Shown here one piece after another: positions 28,588 to 38,023 of a DNA stretch of 54,247 bases (position 1 is the stretch's first letter; every line of letters starts with the position of its first letter). Made by a program: the position numbers and the translations under genes. The stretch covers positions 1 through 54,247 of the forward strand of contig JAPNQO010000074.1 of NCBI GenBank assembly GCA_027251445.1. The letters are read 5' to 3'. The notes beneath the pieces were generated by a model that ran no database searches, was not told where the DNA came from, and saw nothing but the letters and a program-made list of their open reading frames with translations. The DNA comes from Fidelibacterota bacterium (GTDB taxonomy: Bacteria; Fidelibacterota; Marinisomatia; Marinisomatales; TCS55).

Positions 28588-29754
28588 TTATTCGAGCCAA
28601 TCAGAAATAACAACTTGCTCACCATTCTGCATTTGAACAAGTTTTACTTTATCTACACCTGCATGATCATTACGACTATACGTAATAGGCGGAAATGTAT
28701 CTGATTCCCAATTATCAAAAGACTCTAAACCTTTTACTAAGCTATTACGAGTAGGGTTTTTACCGGCTCGTTTTAAGCCTTCAACTAAAAGCATTGCTGT
28801 CGCAAATCCATAATAATGATATAAACCTATATAAGGTTGAGGTATATCATATTTTTCACAAAGCTCTCTATATAATTTTGGACCTGCTTCATCAGAATTC
28901 CACATATATGCCCAGTATGTAGCTGTGAATCCTTCTCCAGCTGATCCCGCCATTTTTCCAACTCTAGCATCAATAGTTGGACCGGTTCCATAAAAGTTTG
29001 GCTTAAAATTCATTGCTTCTGCTGTTTTCATAATAACCACAGGTTCCCGAACAATTCCAGCAATAATAACATCTGTCAAACCACCTTTTAATAAATTCAT
29101 AGTCTGACCTTTAAAATCAACAGCTCCACGTTGGTATGATTCCTTTTGAACTGTAATGCCATATTTTGATTCTACTCTGGATATCCCTAAAAGCACGTTC
29201 TGTCCATAATCATCATCTTGATATACCAGACCAATTTTAGCATCTGAATTCTTTCCCATAATATAATCGACTAGTATTTCTGCTTGTCTATCATATCCAG
29301 TGTCCGTGTGAAAAATCAAATCACCAGCTTGCTTTGTTAAATCAGACATAGTACCTGAATTAGTCGCTGGCGCAATTAAAGGAGTACCAGTTTCAGCCAA
29401 TATCGGTCGTATCGCTTCACAGGGAGAGGTTCCAATAACTTGAAACATGCAAAAGACCTGATCTTTTTCAATTAGTTTTTTTGTTGCCGCTACAGCCTTT
29501 TGGGGATTATACTGATGATCTTCAATAAGCATTTTAATATTTCTCCCATTTACACCACCCTGATCATTAATATATTTAAAATACATATTTGAACCATTTG
29601 GTATAATAGCACCCAACTCCTTCATTGGACCACTAAGATCTTGAACATTTCCAATAAGAATTTCAGAATCTGTAATCCCAGGTGAAGGTGCACGTTTTAC
29701 ACAACCAGAACCAAATAGTCCAATTACAATAAGAACCCCTATTATTTTATTCAT
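28588..29754 (-). CDS. ABC transporter substrate-binding lipoprotein (LivK/PBP1 ligand-binding family)
   Basis: Lipobox FGSGC; DLSGP, INDQGGVNGR, YQDDDYG; SD AGAGGAGG upstream. Confidence 0.9.
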   Translation of the reverse strand: MNKIIGVLIVIGLFGSGCVKRAPSPGITDSEILIGNVQDLSGPMKELGAIIPNGSNMYFKYINDQGGVNGRNIKMLIEDHQYNPQKAVAATKKLIEKDQVFCMFQVIGTSPCEAIRPILAETGTPLIAPATNSGTMSDLTKQAGDLIFHTDTGYDRQAEILVDYIMGKNSDAKIGLVYQDDDYGQNVLLGISRVESKYGITVQKESYQRGAVDFKGQTMNLLKGGLTDVIIAGIVREPVVIMKTAEAMNFKPNFYGTGPTIDARVGKMAGSAGEGFTATYWAYMWNSDEAGPKLYRELCEKYDIPQPYIGLYHYYGFATAMLLVEGLKRAGKNPTRNSLVKGLESFDNWESDTFPPITYSRNDHAGVDKVKLVQMQNGEQVVISDWLE

Positions 29755-29775
29755 AATAACTCCTCCTCTTAATTA

Positions 29776-30807
29776 CTACGTAAATCGTTGTCTTGGATTA
29801 AAGGGAAATAATTTCCAATATATGCGCATTTTTAGCCACATACCATATAAACCCATGGGTTGGAATATAATAAACAAAAACATAATAAGTCCGAAAATCA
29901 GTGATTGAATATCACCTGCCTGTGTATTAAATAATAATTGTATTTGATCTTCAATTAATGGAACAAACAAATTATCTAATAAAACAATAAAAAGAGTTCC
30001 TAAAACTGCACCATAAATAGAACTAGCACCACCAACAAGGACCATTATTATAAAATATATCGATAGCAAAATATCAAAATGATCGGTAGAAATAAATGAA
30101 CTTGTATGGGCAAAAAGTACTCCTGCAAGACCTGCATATATACCTGAGATAAAGAATGCTAACATTTTATATTGTGATAAATTTATGCCAGAAGCTTCAG
30201 CTGCTTGCTCCGAGTCTCTAATAGCCATAAGAGATCTTCCTATTTTTGAGTTAGCAATACGACGTCCGATTATAATAGCTATAATTACAAAAGTATATAT
30301 CAAGTAATAATTATCCCAATCCGATTTAATTGTATATCCGAAAAGTATTGGCGATGATACCTCTAATCCTGCTGATCCTTGAGTCCATTCACGAAAAGAA
30401 ATAATAATCCTTTTAACAATAAATCCAAAACCCATTGTCGTAAGACCTAAATACATACCTGAGATTCTCAAAGCAGGAAAGCCAATTATAAAACCAAATA
30501 AACCCACTATAATTGGCGATAATATTAATGATAATGAAAAAGGTACGCCTAATTGATCGACCATTATAGCTGAGGTATAAGCTCCAACAGCTAGGAATGC
30601 AGCATGCCCTAAAGATACAAGTCCGGTAAACCCACTGAGTAAATCTAAACCTACATTTAATATGATGTATATACCTGCCAAATTCAAAACGAATAAGTAA
30701 TATTTATAACTAAATGATACACCTTTTAAAAAAACGGGTAATAGAAATACAAATAAAATTAGGATAGGAATCCAATAAAGATTTTCATGGTCATAGCGGT
30801 CTTTCAT
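29776..30807 (-). CDS. Liv-type ABC permease (LivM-like)
   Basis: GFTGLVSLGHAAF, GRSLMAIRDSEQAA, VLVGG. The likely start is ATG 30807 (TAATG overlap) rather than 30882. Confidence 0.9.
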   Translation of the reverse strand: MKDRYDHENLYWIPILILFVFLLPVFLKGVSFSYKYYLFVLNLAGIYIILNVGLDLLSGFTGLVSLGHAAFLAVGAYTSAIMVDQLGVPFSLSLILSPIIVGLFGFIIGFPALRISGMYLGLTTMGFGFIVKRIIISFREWTQGSAGLEVSSPILFGYTIKSDWDNYYLIYTFVIIAIIIGRRIANSKIGRSLMAIRDSEQAAEASGINLSQYKMLAFFISGIYAGLAGVLFAHTSSFISTDHFDILLSIYFIIMVLVGGASSIYGAVLGTLFIVLLDNLFVPLIEDQIQLLFNTQAGDIQSLIFGLIMFLFIIFQPMGLYGMWLKMRIYWKLFPFNPRQRFT

Positions 30808-31736
30808 TAGACTTTTTTCACTTTCTCGACGCCAAATAAACCATCTGGCTTTACCATTAATACTGCAATAAGTACAAACCACGCAATAATATCATTGATT
30901 TCTTTTATCCATTCAAAATGAAATGATAAAGTTCCTAAGCTAATTGTTTCAATCACTCCAAGAATCACGCCACCAACAATTGCTCCTGGAATTGATCCAA
31001 AACCACCTAAAACTGCTGCAGGGAATGCCTTTAATCCTAAAAACCCCATGGATGTGTCTAATAATGCAATTCTTGGTGCAAGTAAAATACCGCTTAGTGT
31101 TGCTACTAACGCAGAAAAGATCCAAACCAAGGCATATATTTTTTTAATAGGGATGCCCATCAGTTGTGCAGCAATTGGATCTTCTGATGTAGCCTGCATA
31201 GCAATTCCCCACTTTGTATAATGAAAAATGAAATAAAAAATAATAACCAAAATAATTGCACTACTAATTATAAATAAATCAAGAATAGATATAACGATAG
31301 TTCCAAATGTTATTGAACCGTCACCAAAAGGAGACAAAGGCATTAGAGCGATAGGCCCCGCAATCATTGCAACCAATGCCCGCATAATTATTGCTAAACT
31401 TAGAGTAGCCATTATCACAGAAAATATTGGTTGATCTTTTAATGGTCGATTAATAATAAAATCAAGAAAAAAACCAAATAGTACAGAAAAAATTATACTG
31501 CAAACCAATGCCACTAAAAAGGTCCATGTAGATGGCTCTCCACTATTAGATAATAAAGTAGATACAAAAAAGAAGTTGACGTAGGCACCAACCATCATCA
31601 GATCGCCTTGGGCAAAATTAACTACTTCAGTTGCTTTATATATCATAGTAAAGCCAAGAGCAATAAGAGCATATATTGATCCTAATGCAATACCACTTAT
31701 TATCTCCTGACTAATACCTGATAAGATATCTGTCAT
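30807..31736 (-). CDS. Liv-type ABC permease (LivH-like)
   Basis: GSIYALIALGFTMIY, NFAQGD, AAVLGGFGSIPGA, KPDGLFG. Confidence 0.92.
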   Translation of the reverse strand: MTDILSGISQEIISGIALGSIYALIALGFTMIYKATEVVNFAQGDLMMVGAYVNFFFVSTLLSNSGEPSTWTFLVALVCSIIFSVLFGFFLDFIINRPLKDQPIFSVIMATLSLAIIMRALVAMIAGPIALMPLSPFGDGSITFGTIVISILDLFIISSAIILVIIFYFIFHYTKWGIAMQATSEDPIAAQLMGIPIKKIYALVWIFSALVATLSGILLAPRIALLDTSMGFLGLKAFPAAVLGGFGSIPGAIVGGVILGVIETISLGTLSFHFEWIKEINDIIAWFVLIAVLMVKPDGLFGVEKVKKV

Positions 31737-32083
31737 CTTACTTTCGCATGCCCTCTCAGTACTTTATTGCCATTTTGATTACTCACTTCTACATTAATTT
31801 CAGTTTCATTTTGTTCACTTTCAAAACTGAGTTCATCTCCAGGTATTACAGGATTTAAAAAACGAACTTTGAAAGTTTCCATCTTAGATGGATTATCATT
31901 TTTAATTATATGTTTTGCTGTTAAAGCCATTGTGCACATACCTTGAAGGATAATATCTGGCAAACCATTTGCTTGAGCAAATTCACGATCAATATGAATA
32001 AGATTAAAATCTAAACTTGCACCAGCATAAAAATATGGCATGTACTTATTAATCCTAATTTTTGATTTATCTTTAACTGCCAT
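31733..32083 (-). CDS. MaoC-family (R)-specific hydratase/dehydratase, catalytic (HadB-like) subunit
   Basis: Hydratase-2 motif ASLDFNLIH, ILQGM, RFLNPVIPGD. Confidence 0.8.
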   Translation of the reverse strand: MAVKDKSKIRINKYMPYFYAGASLDFNLIHIDREFAQANGLPDIILQGMCTMALTAKHIIKNDNPSKMETFKVRFLNPVIPGDELSFESEQNETEINVEVSNQNGNKVLRGHAKVR

Positions 32084-32532
32084 TACTCTCCTCTTATAAC
32101 TAACCTATAGGTTGCAGTACAAACCAATTTATCATTTTGATTTGTAGAAGTAGTCAAAATCTCTATAATCTGATGAATTTTTCCAGAACGATTTGTTTTA
32201 TTAAAATGATCTACTACTTCAGCAGATGTATGAATGAGATCACCTGCACGTGCAGGTTCTCCAAAGTTATACTCCTGTTCACCATGAACCAATCTGGGTA
32301 CCAATTTTGAAAAATCAGAATCAAAATAAAGATTTTTTAATGCTGGTTGGCAATAAATTGCTGCGAAAGTAGGAGGCGCATATGTACTGCCTCCATCAAT
32401 TGATTTTACAAAATCACGATCAGTGTAATAAGGGTTTTTGTCTCCTAATACTTCAACAAATTCTTTGATTTTTTCATAACTGACCTCATAATCTGCCTCA
32501 TATTTTTTTCCTATAATTTTATCACTTAACAT
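32083..32532 (-). CDS. MaoC/FAS1-like hotdog protein (HadA-like partner subunit)
   Basis: KIKEF...GDKNPYY (no His), APPTF, VHGEQEY; coupled to the next gene. Confidence 0.78.
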   Translation of the reverse strand: MLSDKIIGKKYEADYEVSYEKIKEFVEVLGDKNPYYTDRDFVKSIDGGSTYAPPTFAAIYCQPALKNLYFDSDFSKLVPRLVHGEQEYNFGEPARAGDLIHTSAEVVDHFNKTNRSGKIHQIIEILTTSTNQNDKLVCTATYRLVIRGE

Positions 32533-32607
32533 ATGTTTATTTTGAATTATCCAAAAATTTACAAATCAATTACCAATAAATACACCAACAGTTAATATGA
32601 TAACAAA

Positions 32608-32883
32608 CTATAACTCTTCAACAGTTTTTGCCATCTGCACACAGTAAGAGGTAACACCTCCTTTATCATGTGAAGTAAAACTTACAGATACTTCACACCA
32701 ACCTACATTTAAATCTGGGTGATGATTTAATTCTTCAGCTTTTTTTGCTAAAATATTTACAAAATTTATTCCATCCATATAGCTTTCAAAATGATAGGAT
32801 TTACATATTTTATTATCTTTGTACACCCATCCATCCATATTGTTTAATTCATCATTAATTTGTTCATTATTTAAAAGACTCAT
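32608..32883 (-). CDS. phhB: Pterin-4-alpha-carbinolamine dehydratase
   Basis: AEELNHHPD and TSHDKGGVT motifs, 91 aa. Confidence 0.9.
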   Translation of the reverse strand: MSLLNNEQINDELNNMDGWVYKDNKICKSYHFESYMDGINFVNILAKKAEELNHHPDLNVGWCEVSVSFTSHDKGGVTSYCVQMAKTVEEL

Positions 32884-34271
32884 TCTATTTCCTTTCTATT
32901 TAGCTCTCGCATTGATATGAATAACCAATAGCAAGCAATTATAAATGCGACTCCTGTAGAAATCATCATTGCATACCATACCCATTCAACAGGTTTTCCC
33001 ATTTTAAAAATAAATATTAGAGCAAGAGGAGCTGAAACCCCTAAAACTCTAATAATTGTAATTACTAAAACTGGTAAGCCTTTACCTAATCCTTGGAGTA
33101 CACGTCCTGTAGTTATACCAACTGCAATTAAGGGATAAACAAATGCAAATAATCTTAAAAAAGTAACAGCCACATTAATTATTGTATCTTCTGAAGTAAA
33201 AAACCCTATAACATTATGAGCAAAGATATAAAGTAAAATAGACATTAATACAGTGATTATAAATGCAGAAACAATACCATACTTTACAGTATATCGTAAC
33301 GCCTCATATTTCTTTGCACCATAAAACATTCCAACCAGGGTAGTCAAAGATGCAGCTATAGAAAATATAGGTAAAAATACCAACATATCTATCCTACCAG
33401 CTACTTGGTATGCGGCAACTGTGTCAGCGGAAAAATAAATTAATATTCTATTAAAAACACCCTGACCAACCGCCATTACAATCATGGAAAGAGAAGCTGG
33501 CAAACCTACTTTAATAATATCCCATGTTATATCTTTAGAAGGTGAGAAATCTTTGATTCGAAAAGTTATATAGGCATGTTCTTTAACAAATAGCATATAA
33601 ATAAATATGGAGAATACAATAGATTGACTAATCACTGTAGCCAATGCTGCACCTTTTATGCCCATTCCAAAGCCAATACCACCAAAATTATCTAAATCGA
33701 AAATAAATATTGGATCTAAAATTATATTTAAAATTGTTCCTAATCCTGCAACCATCATTGGCAGTTTCATATCTCCTTCTCCAGCTAATATTGAACGAAA
33801 GAAACCTGAAAAAACCATAAATGGAATTCCAATACACATTACTTGAAGATAATCCCATGCCAAAGAGAGTATTGTACCTGATGCCCCAAAAAGAAATAAA
33901 ATTCTTTCCCCTAGTAATATTATAGTTATGGATAAAAACAAACTGATAAAGAATGCAATTGCTATTGCATGCTCAGCACAGTTATCTGCTCCTGATTTAT
34001 CATCTTTACCAATGAACCTTGCTATAGAAGAAGTAACACCTGTTCCTAATCCCATAGTTAAACCCAATGCAAGAAAAAAGAGTGGCATATTGAATGCGAT
34101 ACCTGTTATTGCTTCCCCACCTAATTGACCAATGAAAATCATGTCTACTATATTATAAAATGTTTGGATTCCCATACCTGCCATGATTGGAATTGCTAAG
34201 GACCAAAGTGCCTTTGCAGGATTTGAAAGGAATTTATTTAAACGTGATTCTTCTTTTTGCATGGGTTCCAT
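32880..34271 (-). CDS. MATE family efflux transporter
   Basis: YNIVDMIFIG, LNIILDPIFIF, GIKGAALAT, VGLPAS; about 12 TM. Start is ATG 34271 or GTG 34277. Confidence 0.9.
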   Translation of the reverse strand: MEPMQKEESRLNKFLSNPAKALWSLAIPIMAGMGIQTFYNIVDMIFIGQLGGEAITGIAFNMPLFFLALGLTMGLGTGVTSSIARFIGKDDKSGADNCAEHAIAIAFFISLFLSITIILLGERILFLFGASGTILSLAWDYLQVMCIGIPFMVFSGFFRSILAGEGDMKLPMMVAGLGTILNIILDPIFIFDLDNFGGIGFGMGIKGAALATVISQSIVFSIFIYMLFVKEHAYITFRIKDFSPSKDITWDIIKVGLPASLSMIVMAVGQGVFNRILIYFSADTVAAYQVAGRIDMLVFLPIFSIAASLTTLVGMFYGAKKYEALRYTVKYGIVSAFIITVLMSILLYIFAHNVIGFFTSEDTIINVAVTFLRLFAFVYPLIAVGITTGRVLQGLGKGLPVLVITIIRVLGVSAPLALIFIFKMGKPVEWVWYAMMISTGVAFIIACYWLFISMRELNRKEIE

Positions 34272-34324
34272 GGCCACGAATTTATGATTATTGATCTACG
34301 GAACTAGAAAAAAACAAAAAATAA

Positions 34325-36127
34325 TTAGATTGGATTAAATGGCCAAAGTTTCGGAAGTAAAAATATTGCCATAATCCATAATGTAATAGATAAAGGGAGT
34401 CCTATTTTTATATAATCTGAGAAACGATAACCTCCTGGCCCATACACCATTAGATTTGTTTGATATCCAATAGGTGTGATAAATGAAGCTGAAGCAGCAA
34501 AGCATATAGCAAATACAAAAGGTCTTGGATCTAATCCAAGCTTTGTAGATGCAGATATAGCTATTGGGGTCATAATAATTGCAGTAGCTGCATTTGATGA
34601 AACTTCAGTTAAAATCATTGATAATAAATATATCATTGCCAATAAGAATATTGCCTGTTTATCGACTGGCATATTTTTTAATAAGTTAATTAAAGTATCT
34701 CCAATTAATTGTGCAGTACCACTAGATTCAATAGCAATCCCTAGAGGAATCAGACATCCTATTAAAACAATAATTTGCCAATTAATTGAATTATATGCCT
34801 CTAAAGGAGAAATAACTTTGAATATTAATAAAATTGCCAAACCAATAATTGCAGCTTTTAATATAGGCATGATTGATAAAGCTGCTAATAAAACTACTCC
34901 TACTATAACGATGATACTCATCCACCAAAAACGATGTTTTCTGAGCGATCGATCTAATTGAGTTAACAATATAAATCTACCAGAATCACTTATCTCTTTA
35001 ATTTTATTCTTAGGCCCATAGATTAATAATGTGTCAAAAGCTCGTAAAATAACATGGGCTATTTTCTTTTTAACGATTCCTCCCTCACGTCTAATAGCTA
35101 AAACGAAACTTCCAAACCGCCTGCGGAAATTAGCATCTTTTAATGATTTACCAATTAAATCAGATTGATTAGTAACTAAGCATTCTACAAGTAAGTTTTC
35201 TTCCTTCATTAATTCTTCCTGATTTAACTTTTCATCAGTCAACATAAAAACTTGTTCAACTTCTTTCATACGAAAAAAATTTTCTACTGAACCTCTAACA
35301 AGTAATACATCGTCTTTTTTTAAAGGGGTCTCTCTTAAATTTTTTGATAAAAGCTTTTTTCCTCTTTGAATTCCTAAAATTGTTATATCATAATTTCTAT
35401 TAATCCCTCTATCCAAAGTAGTAACACCAATCAAAGGGGAGCCTTCCCCTATCTTAAACTCAGTTAAGTATCCACCCATATGATAACTCTTTGTTAAACT
35501 AGAAGTAACTGTTCTTGATGGAAGAAAACGGTAGGCAAAAAATATTATATATATTAATCCAACAATTAATATGAAAATACCATATTTAGAAAATTCGAAC
35601 ATACCTAATGGAGTAAAGTCACCACTATTAGTATAAATTGAATTAACAATTAAATTAGTTGAAGTACCTACTAATGTTAAAGTGCCTCCTAAAATAGCAG
35701 AAAAACTTAAAGGCATTAGAACTTTTGAAGGACTTATGTGATATTTTTCAGCCATACGAATTGTTACTGGCATAAATATTGCTACAATTGCAGTATTATT
35801 TATTAAAGCAGATGAAATTGCAATAGATACTAAATATATCGTTAGTCCTCCAATTAATGATCTACTAACAAGACGATTTATTCTGATCACTAAATATTCT
35901 AGAACCCCTGTTTTTTGTAAAGCATGACTTAATACAAATAGGATTGCTATGGTTATTACAGCGGGGTTTGAAAATCCCGAGATACCTTGATTAGGAGTGA
36001 GCTGTCCAGTTACTAAAAGAAGGCTTAATACAGTTAAAGCAACCACGTCCATTGGCAATAATTCTCTGACAAATAGAACAAATGCCAATAAAATAATAAA
36101 TAATACAATAAAGATATCGATGCTCAT
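34325..36127 (-). CDS. SLC13/CitMHS-type permease with two TrkA-C (RCK-C) domains
   Basis: GFSNPA, LGGTLTLVGTSTN, central TrkA-C repeats, TPIGYQTNLMVYGPGGY. Confidence 0.88.
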   Translation of the reverse strand: MSIDIFIVLFIILLAFVLFVRELLPMDVVALTVLSLLLVTGQLTPNQGISGFSNPAVITIAILFVLSHALQKTGVLEYLVIRINRLVSRSLIGGLTIYLVSIAISSALINNTAIVAIFMPVTIRMAEKYHISPSKVLMPLSFSAILGGTLTLVGTSTNLIVNSIYTNSGDFTPLGMFEFSKYGIFILIVGLIYIIFFAYRFLPSRTVTSSLTKSYHMGGYLTEFKIGEGSPLIGVTTLDRGINRNYDITILGIQRGKKLLSKNLRETPLKKDDVLLVRGSVENFFRMKEVEQVFMLTDEKLNQEELMKEENLLVECLVTNQSDLIGKSLKDANFRRRFGSFVLAIRREGGIVKKKIAHVILRAFDTLLIYGPKNKIKEISDSGRFILLTQLDRSLRKHRFWWMSIIVIVGVVLLAALSIMPILKAAIIGLAILLIFKVISPLEAYNSINWQIIVLIGCLIPLGIAIESSGTAQLIGDTLINLLKNMPVDKQAIFLLAMIYLLSMILTEVSSNAATAIIMTPIAISASTKLGLDPRPFVFAICFAASASFITPIGYQTNLMVYGPGGYRFSDYIKIGLPLSITLWIMAIFLLPKLWPFNPI

Positions 36128-36163
36128 GATATAGAAATATTATTGATAAAGAGTAAAAAAATA

Positions 36164-37873
36164 CTAATCTTTTACTTCATCAATTTGTTCTGGATCTAGG
36201 AATCCCTCTGCATATTTTAGATAAATCTTTTCCTGCACAAAAACATCAAATAATTCAGCATCTATATGAGCATCATTTTTCATGAAGCCTAGAATACGCA
36301 TTGCTTGACTTAAAGTTTTACCTTTTTTGTAAGGTCTATCTCTCGCAGTTAAAGCTTCAAAAATATCAGCAATTGCCATAATCTTTGCTTGGACTGACAT
36401 TTCAGCATGGTTTAAACCTTTTGGATACCCAGTTCCATCAAGCTTTTCATGGTGACCTCCTGCAAATTCAGGGACATTTCTTAAATGTTTAGGATAAGGA
36501 AGCTGTTCAAGCATTTCAATTGTTACAACAATATGGTCATTAATAACTTTTCTTTCCTCTGGAGTTAATGTTCCCCTGCTAATACATAAATTATAAACTT
36601 CATTATCACTTAAAAATGGTTTTGCACTTCCGTTATCTTTATATCGATATGAGGCAATCTTATTAACTTTATCTTTACGATCTTGAGACATGAATTCTCC
36701 ACCAAAATTTGATTCTTCAATAAAAGTTTTATCTTTTTCTAATTGTTTTATTTTTTTCAAATAAAGAACTCTGGCTTTTTTGATAGATTCTTTTTTTTCT
36801 ATATCAGATAAAGAATTGTTCTTTTGTATAGTTAATTGTTTTTTTAGAAACTTTATTTCTTCATCTCTCTTAATAACTTCAAAACGAGTGGTTACTGTAT
36901 GTATCCTATCATAAATAGTCTCTAATTTTGTACTTTTATCAACAACATACTCAGGGGTAGCAACTTTTCCGCAATCATGAAGCCAAGCTGCAATCTTTAA
37001 TTCATACATTTCTTTATCGGAAAATTTAATGCCAGCGAATGGGCCTTCTGCAATATCATTCACTGATTCTGCAAGCATCATCGTAATTTCAGGGACGCGA
37101 GAACAATGGCCTCCAGTATATGGTGACTTTGCGTCAATTGCCGAAGCAATTAGTTTAATGAAAGATTCAAATAATACTTCAAGATCTTTAATCAGGTTTT
37201 TATTGGTGATCGCAACTGCTGCTTGACTAGAAAGTGCTTCTACGTTTTTCTGAATTCTATCTGAAAAGGATATAACTTTATTTGATTTTATATCTTGAGC
37301 ATTTAATAATTGAAGCACTCCTATTATTTCATTTTCATGGTTTTTTAAAGGCACTGTTAGGAAAGACTTAGATCTGTATCCGGTTTTTTCATCGAAGGCT
37401 TTAGTTCCAGAAAAATCAAAACCTTTTGCTTTGTAGGCATCAGGTATATTAATAGTTATACCATTTATCGCTGCATTTGCAGCAATCATATTTTCATTAG
37501 GATCACCATCATCATTATATAGTTTAACAGGGTAAAATGGAATTTCTTTTCCTGAAGTTCCACCCATGTGAACATCCAAGGAATCAGTTATCATAATGGA
37601 AAATCTTAATCGGCGATCATCTGTCATCATATATAGAGTACCTCCATCAGCATTTGATATCCTTTTCGCTTCAAGGAGAATCATTTCCAATAATTTATCC
37701 ATATCCCGCTCTTTTGATAGAGCTAAACCAATAGCAGACATATTTGATATTTGATTTTGTAAGCTATCAATATAACCGCGAATATTTGAAGGTACTGAGT
37801 CTAGCATTTTATTTATCTCTTCTTGAGAAAATAATACTTTCTGTTTTTTATCTATTCCATTATTCTTTGACAT
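36164..37873 (-). CDS. GAF + HD-GYP phosphodiesterase (c-di-GMP-type)
   Basis: GAF (ADGGTLY...NIPDAY...FDEKTGY...VPLKN); DAKSPYTGGH, LHDCGK, HHEKLDGTGYP, ADIFEALT, RPYK. Confidence 0.9.
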   Translation of the reverse strand: MSKNNGIDKKQKVLFSQEEINKMLDSVPSNIRGYIDSLQNQISNMSAIGLALSKERDMDKLLEMILLEAKRISNADGGTLYMMTDDRRLRFSIMITDSLDVHMGGTSGKEIPFYPVKLYNDDGDPNENMIAANAAINGITINIPDAYKAKGFDFSGTKAFDEKTGYRSKSFLTVPLKNHENEIIGVLQLLNAQDIKSNKVISFSDRIQKNVEALSSQAAVAITNKNLIKDLEVLFESFIKLIASAIDAKSPYTGGHCSRVPEITMMLAESVNDIAEGPFAGIKFSDKEMYELKIAAWLHDCGKVATPEYVVDKSTKLETIYDRIHTVTTRFEVIKRDEEIKFLKKQLTIQKNNSLSDIEKKESIKKARVLYLKKIKQLEKDKTFIEESNFGGEFMSQDRKDKVNKIASYRYKDNGSAKPFLSDNEVYNLCISRGTLTPEERKVINDHIVVTIEMLEQLPYPKHLRNVPEFAGGHHEKLDGTGYPKGLNHAEMSVQAKIMAIADIFEALTARDRPYKKGKTLSQAMRILGFMKNDAHIDAELFDVFVQEKIYLKYAEGFLDPEQIDEVKD

Positions 37874-37943
37874 CTTTTTCTCCTTAACATAAATTACATC
37901 AAGAGCGCCATATCCTCAATATGATTGTTTTTTAACTCATTAA

Positions 37944-37973
37944 TTGATTTATTCCCTCTCTATTTACTAAATT
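37944..37973 (+). promoter_or_regulatory. Candidate sigma70-like promoter for the TBDR operon
   Basis: TTGATT-18 nt-TAAATT in the divergent intergenic region, with AAGGA before ATG 38024. AT-rich background weakens the call. Confidence 0.35.
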
Positions 37974-38023
37974 TATTAAAATTGACTTAAATGTTTTATA
38001 AATAGTTGGAAGGACACTAGACT

